Positions 21,185 to 30,764 of a stretch of 64,000 nucleotides of DNA are shown here, piece after piece. The stretch is from IMG/VR virus record IMGVR_UViG_3300032240_001991, positions 262,659 through 326,658 of that record; one strand, 5' to 3'. How positions within the stretch are numbered: the stretch's first letter is position 1; each line of letters begins with the position of its first letter. Below the pieces are notes generated by a model. It saw only the letters and a program-made list of their open reading frames with translations, was not told the origin of the DNA and did no database searches. The position numbers were made by a program, and so were the translations under genes.

Positions 21185-24100
21185 TTATCCCGACAAATTG
21201 CTTTGAATTAAGGTTTTTAAAGGACTAAAGGCTGCATTACTGGCGCTTCCGTATTTACTAACTACCGACGATGCTACACTTGATACGTTAGGAACCCCAG
21301 AAGGAACAAACGAGCTAATATTATTTAAACTCGCTTCTATGCTAGGTGCCGAATTAGTTAACTTACCTAATCCAGCTTGTAAAGTAACAGCTTTGTCTGC
21401 AAGAGATGCTGCTCCAAGTGTAGAGTTTTTTACTAATGAAGGAACAGGCTGATTTTTTAATAAATCAGTAACTCCAGGAATAAGAGAAGCACCAGGAAGA
21501 TTATCTAGTTTTCCGCCTCTATCTACAATATACTTAATGTCCTTAAGGTTAAACGCAGGAGCAGGTGCTGTTGCATCTGGTTGTGTAGCCGGAATATTAG
21601 GTAAATTAGCTGTTGGTATGTTATTGAAAATAAGACCTTTATCAATTGCAGCTCCAAGATTAACATCGCTTGGTAAAGACTTAGCTGCGGAAGAAATTTG
21701 ATTAACAATACTTGCCTGTAAATTTGGGCTTAACCCAGCTAAACTACTAGGTGTAATACCTAATTGTGCTGCTAACGCCGCATCTTGTCCGTTTATTCCG
21801 TCTAATTTAGAAGCAGCTTGCGAAACTAACCCTGCAGCACTTTGCCCAAGGCTTCCTACTGCTGCAATTGCACTTTTTCCTAATGTCTCTACTGTTCCAT
21901 TGCCTGTAGCTAGTAATGAACTTCCTAAATTTGTAGGAGTAATTTTGCTTAATCCAACTGAATTAGCAGTTGCAGCAAGTTGATTAACTGATCCGCCCGC
22001 ACTGTTAATATTGGTAGAAAACGTTGATAATCCAGAATTTGTTAATCTTAAGGCTGAAGAGACATTAGTTAACCCTTGTGATATAGGGCCAGAACCTTGA
22101 CTTATAAAAGAACCCAATGCACTAGTTGCACCTGCTGCTAAACTTGCAACTGAATTTACAAGAGATCCAATTGCCGTTCGGCCAGGAAATGACCCAGCTA
22201 ACCCTCCTAAATTCCCTGGAATTAAATTTGACAATTGATTAGGTAATCCTGTAAGTGGTAGCCCTGCAGCAATCTGCGATATTAAATTATCAGCTGACGG
22301 TGTTACGGTTGACACTGGAGGAGTCGGCGTTGGAGTTGATGCCTTTAATGGATCAGGAACCGATCCAACTAGGGATATAGGTTTCTTTGTTGGTTCTTGA
22401 TTAGTATCCTCAAGCTGGTAAGGCATTCTAATTAGTTGTAATGTTTGTAGGAACTCTCCGTTTCTAAATTCGCTCTTTAAACTTATAACTCTAAATACTC
22501 CGCTGTACAAAGCAGACCTGTTATCAAAGTAAGCAAACCCTGTATCAGCATCAATATCTATAGGATTCCTAAACATAATTAAAATATGTATATCTCCCAT
22601 ATATGCATTAGCCTCGCCCTCTCCTGCGCTGCCATCAGGATTTGTTACTAGTTTTTGATTTCCTACTCCGTTAGTAACTAGGTAAAAGGGATCTCCAACA
22701 ATTTGTAGTTCTGCTTGGCACTGATCAACATTTTCAAGTATTGCTTGATGCATGCCTTTAGCTAAATCAGCATAAGGATCTACCTGCGGGAATGTAGCGT
22801 TTTGATTTCCACTTTGTATTGGTGTACTTCTCAAAGCTGAAGCAGTAACTGGCGCATTGCCCATAGCACTATTATTAGGAGAACCTTCTGGCATAGATGC
22901 TTTAGAAGGATCTGTAGATTGAAGAGAATTTTCAGTTGCAGGCATACTAGGCTTGTTTCCCATAGCTCTAGGAATAGCCTGAAAGAATAATGTATTAAAT
23001 TTTAAATTAAAGTTTCTAATGTCAACGTTTTGACCTGTATAAAAATAATTATATTCTCTAAGAACTGCTTGTTTGATGTTAGAAGTATCAACTACATCAG
23101 CAGGTCTTGGTTGAATTCTAGTATAATGCAGATCGTATTCTATAACCACATATCGATAATGTAGGCAATCATGATTTCTTTTCTTATCAAAGATTCCTCT
23201 TTTTGTAATTTCGGCATGTACCATAAAATACTTAACCATGCCAGTATTAGGATCAATCCTAGATGCAAAATTGTTTAATATTTCTTTAGTGTAACTACTA
23301 TCTCTAATAATTGAAGTAATACAATCATATATATCTGCACTCTTAGCAAATTGTATTACAGGCTTTGTAGGATCAAGCCTTACTACTTCTCCCTGCTCTG
23401 ATTCTGGATTAGGAAATGCATAGACACTATTACTTTTTAACAATTCAGCTACCGTTGCATTTGCTATTTTGTTTTTATTATATCCATCTTTATTAGTTAG
23501 ATACTCAGGATCAATACCTGTATCTGATCTTGTTGGAAAAACAATTTCGTAAGTATCGTACTTGTTTCTATCTTCTGAATTTCCTTCAGTCCCTATATCT
23601 GATTGAATTGTCTGATTTACACCATCAATAAAATTTATTAAAATTTCTCCTACGCTACTGCCGGAAGTTTTAATATCATGATCTAAAATAGCAGGAGATC
23701 CCATAGCCTTTTCATTAAAAGGAACGCATTTACATCTGTACCTTGCACCAGATTCCGTTACATCAATATCAAGACCAGTAAATCCCATTACAAAGAATCT
23801 AGTAGAATTTGGAACTCTTTCTGCGTCTACGAGATCATCGCTATCCTTGTATCCAATAAATTCCATTTTAAGAAGATAAGGACAATTTATGTAACTATCA
23901 TGTCCGGCAGCAACTGCGGACACCTGCAGTGCTTCGATAAATCCAGTCATACTGTATGGTTCAAAAACGTCAAATTCAATTTTAGTAGCAATACTCATGC
24001 TAGTTACTTCACCGCCACCAATTAAGGTTTCAAGGTGAACATTGTCAATAAAAAAATCAAATCTTCCGGGGCTTTGAGCATTGAATCCGTCAACAAGCGC

Positions 24101-24454
24101 CTGAACATCTTGGGGTTGCATTAATCCGGTATCAGGATTAGCAGAAGTGACCGGTGTTCCTTGCTGAGGAGGCGCTCCCAAATCAGTTGGTGTCTGCATT
24201 CCAGACGAGCCTTTTCCTCCTGACTTTGCAATAACAAAATAATCTTGATTAACAGTATATGTACTAGGATCTTCTAATGCTCTACTTTTTAAAGATGCCA
24301 ATGTAAAAATATAATTGTATGATCGATAAGCGTTTAAGGGATTTTTAGCATTGCTTCTAACTATTCCAGGCATCTTTGTTGTATTGTCAGCCTGCTTCGC
24401 TGGAGTTTTATTTTCAACTGTGGTTGAATTTGTTGTTTGCGAAACGTCGGCCAT
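21185..24454 (-). CDS. Probable baseplate hub protein (gp27-like) with Ser/Ala/Gly-rich C-terminal extension
   Basis: Position between the gp53-like and gp5-like genes. Motifs NPLNAYRSYNYIFTL, LQIVGDPFYL and YSGVFRVISLKSEFRNGEFLQTLQL. Confidence 0.55.
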   Translation of the reverse strand: MADVSQTTNSTTVENKTPAKQADNTTKMPGIVRSNAKNPLNAYRSYNYIFTLASLKSRALEDPSTYTVNQDYFVIAKSGGKGSSGMQTPTDLGAPPQQGTPVTSANPDTGLMQPQDVQALVDGFNAQSPGRFDFFIDNVHLETLIGGGEVTSMSIATKIEFDVFEPYSMTGFIEALQVSAVAAGHDSYINCPYLLKMEFIGYKDSDDLVDAERVPNSTRFFVMGFTGLDIDVTESGARYRCKCVPFNEKAMGSPAILDHDIKTSGSSVGEILINFIDGVNQTIQSDIGTEGNSEDRNKYDTYEIVFPTRSDTGIDPEYLTNKDGYNKNKIANATVAELLKSNSVYAFPNPESEQGEVVRLDPTKPVIQFAKSADIYDCITSIIRDSSYTKEILNNFASRIDPNTGMVKYFMVHAEITKRGIFDKKRNHDCLHYRYVVIEYDLHYTRIQPRPADVVDTSNIKQAVLREYNYFYTGQNVDIRNFNLKFNTLFFQAIPRAMGNKPSMPATENSLQSTDPSKASMPEGSPNNSAMGNAPVTASALRSTPIQSGNQNATFPQVDPYADLAKGMHQAILENVDQCQAELQIVGDPFYLVTNGVGNQKLVTNPDGSAGEGEANAYMGDIHILIMFRNPIDIDADTGFAYFDNRSALYSGVFRVISLKSEFRNGEFLQTLQLIRMPYQLEDTNQEPTKKPISLVGSVPDPLKASTPTPTPPVSTVTPSADNLISQIAAGLPLTGLPNQLSNLIPGNLGGLAGSFPGRTAIGSLVNSVASLAAGATSALGSFISQGSGPISQGLTNVSSALRLTNSGLSTFSTNINSAGGSVNQLAATANSVGLSKITPTNLGSSLLATGNGTVETLGKSAIAAVGSLGQSAAGLVSQAASKLDGINGQDAALAAQLGITPSSLAGLSPNLQASIVNQISSAAKSLPSDVNLGAAIDKGLIFNNIPTANLPNIPATQPDATAPAPAFNLKDIKYIVDRGGKLDNLPGASLIPGVTDLLKNQPVPSLVKNSTLGAASLADKAVTLQAGLGKLTNSAPSIEASLNNISSFVPSGVPNVSSVASSVVSKYGSASNAAFSPLKTLIQSNLSG

Positions 24455-24455
24455 G

Positions 24456-24758
24456 TTAGGTTCCTAAGACTGACTTTAACGTAGCCATCTGTGGCAAATA
24501 AATTTCTTGCCCTGCATATAGGTCATAGACTGGATCTTTTATTACATCTTTATTTCTAACAGCAAATACCCACCAAAGATTTACGTCGCCGTATAAATCA
24601 TAAGCTAGTAAATCAGGTCTATTAGAATATTGACTAGTAACTGTAAATTTAACATCGTTAGTGACATTTGGAATATTTCTAAAATTGATAAGGTCTAGAT
24701 AAGAACCAACAACAGGAGTTGTGTAATACGGACTAGTCTTTGCATAGTTATTTGCCAT
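24456..24758 (-). CDS. gp53: Baseplate wedge protein, gp53-like (LysM/tail-X type)
   Basis: RPDLLAYDLYGDVNLWWVFAVRN...IYLP motif. The likely start is ATG 24758, which overlaps the upstream stop (TAATG), not 24797. Confidence 0.75.
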   Translation of the reverse strand: MANNYAKTSPYYTTPVVGSYLDLINFRNIPNVTNDVKFTVTSQYSNRPDLLAYDLYGDVNLWWVFAVRNKDVIKDPVYDLYAGQEIYLPQMATLKSVLGT

Positions 24759-26014
24759 TATAGATATCCTTGCTCTCTTTGTCCACCAATTAACCATCCG
24801 GTAGTTGTTGCTTTTAGCATTTCATTTCTGCTGTAAATTGGAATTAAATTCAATGTGATTGATGTAACGATTGGAACCGATGTTAATCCATATCCCCAAT
24901 CTTTTTCTAACGTAAAATAGTCAACTGCGTCTGGGTATTCCATTTTAAAACTTTTAACAGCTACGGGTGCTCCGTCAAGTTGATAGTCGCCGTAGGCGAA
25001 TAATCTGCATACTGGGGGAGGACTTCCTGCGTTTGGATCATCTCCAAACGGCATTTTTGTTAATGCTCTGCATAAATGTTGTACCGCTAATAGTACCGCA
25101 GCATCAAAAGAATTCTGCACGGTAAATTTTCCCGTTAGTGAGATTTCTCCTACTGCACTATTTTTATAAAAGTACTGAGTATAATTAGAATGAATTGCAT
25201 TATTTGCTTGGTAACTTGCAGAATGCTCAATGCTAATAGATGGAGTGTAAGGAAAAATAATGCCACCGTTTAACGATAATATCCCGCGGGTAGTATTTTT
25301 ACCTGCAGGAGGTCCGCTAGCAGGCCCAACAAGATATGACGGAGGTACAATTAATCTCACACGGTTATCGCCGTTTTTAAATTTTGCAAAAGCTGGAGTA
25401 ACATTTGCAGGATTGGCACTAGGTTTGGCATCAGCTGGAATCTTTGTTGCTGTTACCTTTACTTCTTCTATTGTACCCCCTCCTACAATATTTTGCGGAT
25501 TGGACATTTTAGCTGCTGACGCAGCACCGGATGCACTAGGGTTAGTAGTTGAAGTGCCTGTTGATGCATACGTAGTTGTTTTTTGTGTACCGGATGCACT
25601 TGTAGTATTTGTTGTACCGTTGGAACTTACTTGCGTTGAAGATCCTGCAGGCGGAGTTGCAGATGCTGCTTGAGTTGCAGCGGCTTTAGCATCGTTTAAC
25701 GCTGTTTGGGCTGTCCTAACTTTATATTGTGCATCTTGAACTGCGTTCAGTGCATCTTCCGCAGCTTTAGCTAAAGGAACAAACGCTGCTTCAGCCTGTT
25801 TTCTTGCATTTGTTGCTGCGGTAACCTGAGCCTCTGTTCCGGTTCCATTATTAAATGCTGCAATAGCAGCGTCTTCCGCATCGCTAGCTGCAAGAGCAGC
25901 GGCTTTTGCTTTATCTCTCGCTGCGTTGGCTGACGCAGAGGTGCTCTGTGCAGCAGTTAATGCTGATTGTGCAGCAGTTAATGCTGATTGTGCAGTATCT
26001 ATAGATGACGCCAT
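24758..26014 (-). CDS. Tail tube initiator/baseplate protein (gp48/gp54-like) with Ala-rich N-terminal extension
   Basis: GGIIFPYTPSISIEHSASY...HSNY...FYKNS...ISLTGKFTVQN...GSPPPVCRLFAYG is typical of tube-initiator-type proteins. Likely start ATG 26014, after an AAGGAT SD and a GTAAATA box. Confidence 0.6.
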   Translation of the reverse strand: MASSIDTAQSALTAAQSALTAAQSTSASANAARDKAKAAALAASDAEDAAIAAFNNGTGTEAQVTAATNARKQAEAAFVPLAKAAEDALNAVQDAQYKVRTAQTALNDAKAAATQAASATPPAGSSTQVSSNGTTNTTSASGTQKTTTYASTGTSTTNPSASGAASAAKMSNPQNIVGGGTIEEVKVTATKIPADAKPSANPANVTPAFAKFKNGDNRVRLIVPPSYLVGPASGPPAGKNTTRGILSLNGGIIFPYTPSISIEHSASYQANNAIHSNYTQYFYKNSAVGEISLTGKFTVQNSFDAAVLLAVQHLCRALTKMPFGDDPNAGSPPPVCRLFAYGDYQLDGAPVAVKSFKMEYPDAVDYFTLEKDWGYGLTSVPIVTSITLNLIPIYSRNEMLKATTTGWLIGGQREQGYL

Positions 26015-26033
26015 ACTAATAATCCTTATGTCA

Positions 26034-26040
26034 TATTTAC
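26034..26040 (-). promoter_or_regulatory. Late promoter box GTAAATA driving the leftward baseplate operon
   Basis: Matches the recurrent NTAAATA motif (T4 late consensus TATAAATA) and lies 19 nt upstream of ATG 26014. Confidence 0.65.
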
Positions 26041-26067
26041 CTAATAAATAATCTACGCAGATAATGG

Positions 26068-26096
26068 TTGACACATTGTTGTGTTTTTGCTACACT
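26068..26096 (+). promoter_or_regulatory. Host sigma70-type promoter for the gp55-like gene
   Basis: TTGACA (26068-26073), a 17-nt spacer, then TACACT (26091-26096); AGGAG SD at 26105. Confidence 0.75.
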
Positions 26097-26109
26097 ACTA
26101 TGATAGGAG

Positions 26110-27027
26110 ATGTTTATAAGAATGACAACAGTAACAACATCAGGAAAAAAAGTAAAATACTTAAACAATAGAGATTTATTAGCAGAGATACATAAAAGCA
26201 AATGTAGTTTTTCTAGTTTTACCAAACCAGAATATAACCAATACGATGTTATTTTAACTGACCTAGATAAAATAAACATTAGAACTATTGCAGATGCCAA
26301 AAGAAATCGTGCTAAAAGAATTGGATTAGAAACATTTAATGCCGCAAGAGCAGCAGGCGATAAAAAAATTAAACTAATAGAGTGTACTCCAGACTACACT
26401 GAAATTAAAAAAGGTGACATTGTCATTAGGATAATGACCTTTGATCATATTCCGCTTGCACCGGGCAGAAAAAAGACTACTAAAACTCGAGCAGATTCCC
26501 ACGAAAAAATTAATTTTCCTCCGTTCCAACATTGGAAGTTTAACGAAGCTGGAGAACTAGAATGCGTAGGCAAAAGTCACTGGAAAGGTGGTTTAGAAAA
26601 AGGCAAGTTTAGCAAAGATCACGGACGGATTACTGAAGAACTTGGCAAGATGTTTATTAAATTAAGTGAACGCTACGCACAGCGCAGTAACTGGCGCGGC
26701 TATACATATGTTGACGAAATGCGGGGGCAGGCTATATTACAGTTAAGTCAAATCGGATTGCAATTTGACGAGTCAAAATCAGAAAACCCGTTTGCTTATT
26801 ATACTGCCGCAGTAACTAATTCTTTTACTAGAATTTTAAACTTAGAAAAGAAAAGCCAAAACATTCGTGACGATCTACTTGAAGTGCACGGACTAACGCC
26901 TAGCCTAACTCGTCAATCTAAGGACGAATTTGCAGACGAAGTTGCCAAGCAAGCAGAAATCTATAAAAATACTAGATTACCAAAGAGTCAAGATACTGAC
27001 TTTTTTGAAGAAGAAAGCGACGAATAA
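26110..27027 (+). CDS. gp55: Late-transcription sigma factor, T4 gp55-like, with N-terminal extension
   Basis: YLNNRDLLAEI...ITEELGKMFIKLSERYAQRSNWRGYTYVDEMRGQAILQLSQIGLQFDESKSENPFAYYT; immediately upstream of gp47/gp46 as in T4. Confidence 0.85.
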   Translation: MFIRMTTVTTSGKKVKYLNNRDLLAEIHKSKCSFSSFTKPEYNQYDVILTDLDKINIRTIADAKRNRAKRIGLETFNAARAAGDKKIKLIECTPDYTEIKKGDIVIRIMTFDHIPLAPGRKKTTKTRADSHEKINFPPFQHWKFNEAGELECVGKSHWKGGLEKGKFSKDHGRITEELGKMFIKLSERYAQRSNWRGYTYVDEMRGQAILQLSQIGLQFDESKSENPFAYYTAAVTNSFTRILNLEKKSQNIRDDLLEVHGLTPSLTRQSKDEFADEVAKQAEIYKNTRLPKSQDTDFFEEESDE

Positions 27028-27029
27028 AC

Positions 27030-27059
27030 TTGATTTAGTTTTAGCTTTTCTGCTAAAAT
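27030..27059 (+). promoter_or_regulatory. Sigma70-type promoter with extended -10, upstream of gp47
   Basis: TTGATT (27030-27035), an 18-nt spacer, then TG-C-TAAAAT (27051-27059); AGGAG SD before ATG 27083. Confidence 0.55.
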
Positions 27060-27082
27060 TACGTCTAGGAGAATAACGTCTT

Positions 27083-28096
27083 ATGGGATTATTCAAAAAA
27101 ATTGCAGCATTTACTGATCTTCATGTTGGCCTTAAGAGCAACAGTTTAGTTCATTTAAAAGACTGCGAAGAGTTTGTTGATTGGTTTATAGCCAAAGCTA
27201 AGGAAGAAAACTGTGATACAGGAATCTTCCTTGGTGATTGGCATCATCATCGCAATGCCATTAATCTAATGACCCTTGATACCAGCATTAGGTGTTTGGA
27301 GAAATTAGGTCAGGCGTTTGACCAATTCTTTTGGTTTCCAGGAAACCACGATCTATTCTATAAGGATAAACGTGAAATCCATAGCTCGGCCTTTGGGCGA
27401 CATATCCCAGGAGTAACAGTTGTTGAATCCCCTACAACCATCGATAACGTAACACTTGTACCTTGGTTAATTGGTGAAGAATGGAAGACTGTTAGTTCTT
27501 TTAAAAGCAAATATGTATTTGGTCATTTTGAACTACCGCTATTTTACATGAACGCTATGGTTCAGATGCCTGATCATGGAGAACTGCAAATATCACATTT
27601 TAATACCCCCGACTATGTATTCTCTGGTCATTTTCATAAAAGGCAACACCAAGGAAAGATTTGGTATATTGGTAATGCGTTTCCTCACAACTATGCAGAT
27701 GCATGGGATGACGACAGAGGAATGATGACCCTTGAATGGGGCGGCAAACCTGTGTTTCACAACTGGGAAAATTGTCCTAAATTTAGAACAATTAAGCTTA
27801 GTAAGCTGATTGATGGTAAAGATGAAATTATGAAATCTAAGATGTATCTTAGAGTCAATCTAGACATCGATGTTACCTATGAAGAAGCTAACTTCCTTAA
27901 AGAAACATTTTTAAGTGAATACGATATTCGTGAAATTAGCATGATACAAGATAAAACAAATATTGACCTTGCTATTGATGCAGCGATTGATACAAAATTT
28001 GAAAGTGTTGATCAGATTGTTACTGAAGAATTGTTAAACATTAAAAGCGAACAGTTTGATCAAAAAATTCTACTAGACATTTATCACAACCTATGA
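27083..28096 (+). CDS. gp47: Recombination endonuclease subunit (Mre11/SbcD-like), gp47
   Basis: Metallophosphoesterase motifs DLH, GDWHH, GNHD and GHFH. Confidence 0.92.
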   Translation: MGLFKKIAAFTDLHVGLKSNSLVHLKDCEEFVDWFIAKAKEENCDTGIFLGDWHHHRNAINLMTLDTSIRCLEKLGQAFDQFFWFPGNHDLFYKDKREIHSSAFGRHIPGVTVVESPTTIDNVTLVPWLIGEEWKTVSSFKSKYVFGHFELPLFYMNAMVQMPDHGELQISHFNTPDYVFSGHFHKRQHQGKIWYIGNAFPHNYADAWDDDRGMMTLEWGGKPVFHNWENCPKFRTIKLSKLIDGKDEIMKSKMYLRVNLDIDVTYEEANFLKETFLSEYDIREISMIQDKTNIDLAIDAAIDTKFESVDQIVTEELLNIKSEQFDQKILLDIYHNL

Positions 28097-29883
28097 TGTT
28101 TAAAATTAAAAATATTACTGTGAAAAATTTTATGAGCGTGGGCAATCAAACCCAAGCCGTTGATTTTGATCGAGAGCATCTCACGCTAGTACTAGGTGAA
28201 AATTTAGACTTAGGGGGCGACGACTCTGGTTCTCGAAACGGAACTGGAAAAACTACCATTATCAATTCATTGAGTTATGCTCTATACGGACAGGCACTAA
28301 CAAATATTAGAAAAGAAAATCTTATCAATAAAATTAATGGTAAGAACATGTTGGTTACTGTTGAATTTGAAAAGGACGGTATTAAGTATCGTATTGAGAG
28401 AGGACGCAAACCTAATGTTCTAAGACTCTTTATTAACGACAAAGAGCAGGAGTCAGCTGGAATTGATGACGATGCTCAGGGCGATAGTAGAGAGACACAG
28501 AAATTTATCGACCAATGTTTAGGTATGAGCCACACTATGTTTAAACATCTAGTGGCATTAAACACCTATACCGAACCTTTCCTTAGTATGAAAGCTGCCG
28601 ATCAACGAGAAGTCATTGAACAACTTCTTGGCATTACTATGCTAAGTGAAAAGGCAGAAGCATTGAAGTTGCAGGCTAAAGAAGTACGTGACACTATTCA
28701 GATTGAACAAATTAAAATTGAAACTACTAAAAGTGCCAACGAAAGCGTACAAAAAAGTATAGACTCGTTAGTAATTAAGAGTAAGGCATGGGATTCAAAG
28801 AAAGAAACAGATCTAGAAAATCTAGCTAAAGCTATTGCTACCCTTGAATCCGTTGATATTGCAGAAGAAATTAATAAGCATGCTGCACTTAAGATTTGGG
28901 AAGAAAAGAATTCTCAATTAAATGATCTTAAGAGACAACGTGCGACTTATCAAACAGCACACGGTCAAGCTGAAAAAAATGTCAAACGGTATCAACGAGA
29001 TTCTGCGGCATTGGGAGACAAAAAATGTCCTCAGTGCGAACAAAACTTGCAAGACCATACTCACCAAAATCTGATTGCAGATGCTGCTCGTAATCTCAAA
29101 GATTCTAGCGAGTACCTAGATTCTATAAACAAGAATTTAGAAACAATTGAAAATAAAATTAAAGACATTAATAACATCGGCCATAGGCCAATTACATTTT
29201 ATGACTCAGAAGCTGATGCTCTTAATCATAAAAATCAATTAGATAATTTAGAAAAAGCATTAGAAGCTAAAGCTAACGAATCTAATCCTTATCAAGAACA
29301 AATCGAAGAGCTACAAAAAACAGCTATTCAAGAAATTAATTGGGATACAATTAACTCATTGACTAAGGTTAAAGACCATCAAGAATTTTTATTGAAACTT
29401 CTTACTAATAAAGAAAGTTTTATTCGTAAAAAAATTATTGATCAAAATCTTAATTACTTAAACAAACGATTGAGTTACTACATTGATGTGCTAGGATTAC
29501 CTCACTTAGTTGTTTTTCAAAATGATCTTAATGTAGAGATTACAAATTTTGGGCAAGATTTGGATTTTGATAATCTATCTCGAGGAGAAAGAAATCGGCT
29601 TATACTAGGGATGAGTTTTGCTTTCCGCGATGTATGGGAAAATCTTTACCAAAATATTAATTTACTTTTTATTGACGAATTAATTGACTCTGGAATGGAC
29701 AGCGCAGGCGTTGAAGCAGGACTAGGTGTTTTGAAAAAAATTGCCCGTGAAAGAAATAAGAATATATATCTTATATCCCATAAAGAAGAATTAATTGGTA
29801 GAGTTAACAAGGTGCTTAGGGTTATTAAAGAATCCGGATTTACTTCGTATTCAAATTCTGCCGAGTATATAGAGACGCAATGA
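28093..29883 (+). CDS. gp46: Recombination endonuclease ATPase subunit (Rad50/SbcC-like), gp46
   Basis: Walker A NGTGKTT, zinc hook CPQC, signature LSRGE, Walker B LFIDE and H-loop ISH. Confidence 0.93.
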   Translation: MMFKIKNITVKNFMSVGNQTQAVDFDREHLTLVLGENLDLGGDDSGSRNGTGKTTIINSLSYALYGQALTNIRKENLINKINGKNMLVTVEFEKDGIKYRIERGRKPNVLRLFINDKEQESAGIDDDAQGDSRETQKFIDQCLGMSHTMFKHLVALNTYTEPFLSMKAADQREVIEQLLGITMLSEKAEALKLQAKEVRDTIQIEQIKIETTKSANESVQKSIDSLVIKSKAWDSKKETDLENLAKAIATLESVDIAEEINKHAALKIWEEKNSQLNDLKRQRATYQTAHGQAEKNVKRYQRDSAALGDKKCPQCEQNLQDHTHQNLIADAARNLKDSSEYLDSINKNLETIENKIKDINNIGHRPITFYDSEADALNHKNQLDNLEKALEAKANESNPYQEQIEELQKTAIQEINWDTINSLTKVKDHQEFLLKLLTNKESFIRKKIIDQNLNYLNKRLSYYIDVLGLPHLVVFQNDLNVEITNFGQDLDFDNLSRGERNRLILGMSFAFRDVWENLYQNINLLFIDELIDSGMDSAGVEAGLGVLKKIARERNKNIYLISHKEELIGRVNKVLRVIKESGFTSYSNSAEYIETQ

Positions 29884-30134
29884 TAAACAAGTACAAAGAG
29901 CTACATGAACAATTACTAGACTTATTAGTAGAGTATCATAATGCTCATGTTAGATTTTTAGATAGACAGAATAGTTATAATTGCAGCCACTTGATTCCTA
30001 TAACAAAAAAAATAGGAAGACTTGTTAAAGAAATGAGAAAACATAATTTTGAGCTACGGCAAAGTTTATTAGCAGAAAAACGTAGTAGAATATCAAAACA
30101 AAAGGAAAAAAAGAAAAATGTCAAACACACTTGA
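29880..30134 (+). CDS. Small basic helical hypothetical protein
   Basis: Overlaps the gp46 stop; Lys/Arg-rich C-terminus. Confidence 0.55.
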   Translation: MINKYKELHEQLLDLLVEYHNAHVRFLDRQNSYNCSHLIPITKKIGRLVKEMRKHNFELRQSLLAEKRSRISKQKEKKKNVKHT

Positions 30135-30315
30135 AAATTTAAAACAGGCACTTGAATCAGCTCTAGCAGAAGATGCTAAGTTTTCTGGCGGCAATAATGC
30201 AGCAGGAACACGAGCTCGTAAAGCGTTGGCAGAAGTTGGTAAATTAGTTAAGGCACGCCGTAATGAAATTACCGCAGAAAAGAACGCTCGAAAGGATGCT
30301 AAGGCAACAAAGTAA
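30118..30315 (+). CDS. Histone H1-like nucleoid protein (Hc1-like)
   Basis: GNNAAGTRARKAL matches the recalled Hc1-family core GNKAAGTRARK; 65 aa and basic. Confidence 0.7.
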   Translation: MSNTLENLKQALESALAEDAKFSGGNNAAGTRARKALAEVGKLVKARRNEITAEKNARKDAKATK

Positions 30316-30316
30316 G

Positions 30317-30742
30317 TTGACCTGGCTGTATCAAGGCAAAGAAGTTACAGAACTTCCTGAGGATTGTGTTGGATTTATCTATTTGATTACTAATACAATC
30401 TCAGGAAGGATGTATGTTGGAAAAAAATTAGCAAAATTCTCAAAAACAAAATACAAAACAGTAAAACTTAAAAACGGCAACAAGAAAAGAAAGAAAATTA
30501 AAAGCAAAATAGAATCAGACTGGCAAACTTATTATGGCTCCTCAGACGAATTAAACGAAGACATTAAACAACTAGGCAACGAACATTTTAAACGCGAAAT
30601 ACTATACTACTGCACAAGTAAGGCACAAACTTCATATCTTGAAGCAAAAGAACAATTTGACAGGCGTGTTTTAGAAACAAATCAATACTATAACGGACAT
30701 ATACGTGTTCGTGTCCATGGCTCACACATAATCAAAAAATAA
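30317..30742 (+). CDS. GIY-YIG family nuclease
   Basis: GFIYLITNTISGRMYVGKK...YYGSS...REIL...LE...YYN. Likely start TTG 30317 (MTWLYQG), just after the Hc1-like stop; the track start 30263 lies inside the upstream gene. Confidence 0.75.
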   Translation: MTWLYQGKEVTELPEDCVGFIYLITNTISGRMYVGKKLAKFSKTKYKTVKLKNGNKKRKKIKSKIESDWQTYYGSSDELNEDIKQLGNEHFKREILYYCTSKAQTSYLEAKEQFDRRVLETNQYYNGHIRVRVHGSHIIKK

Positions 30743-30764
30743 CATCAAGGCACATTAAACAGCA

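Noticed and set aside
30263-30316. N-terminal 18 aa of the GIY-YIG ORF as given in the track
   Set aside because: It overlaps the Hc1-like gene; the TTG at 30317 just after that gene's stop is the more plausible start.
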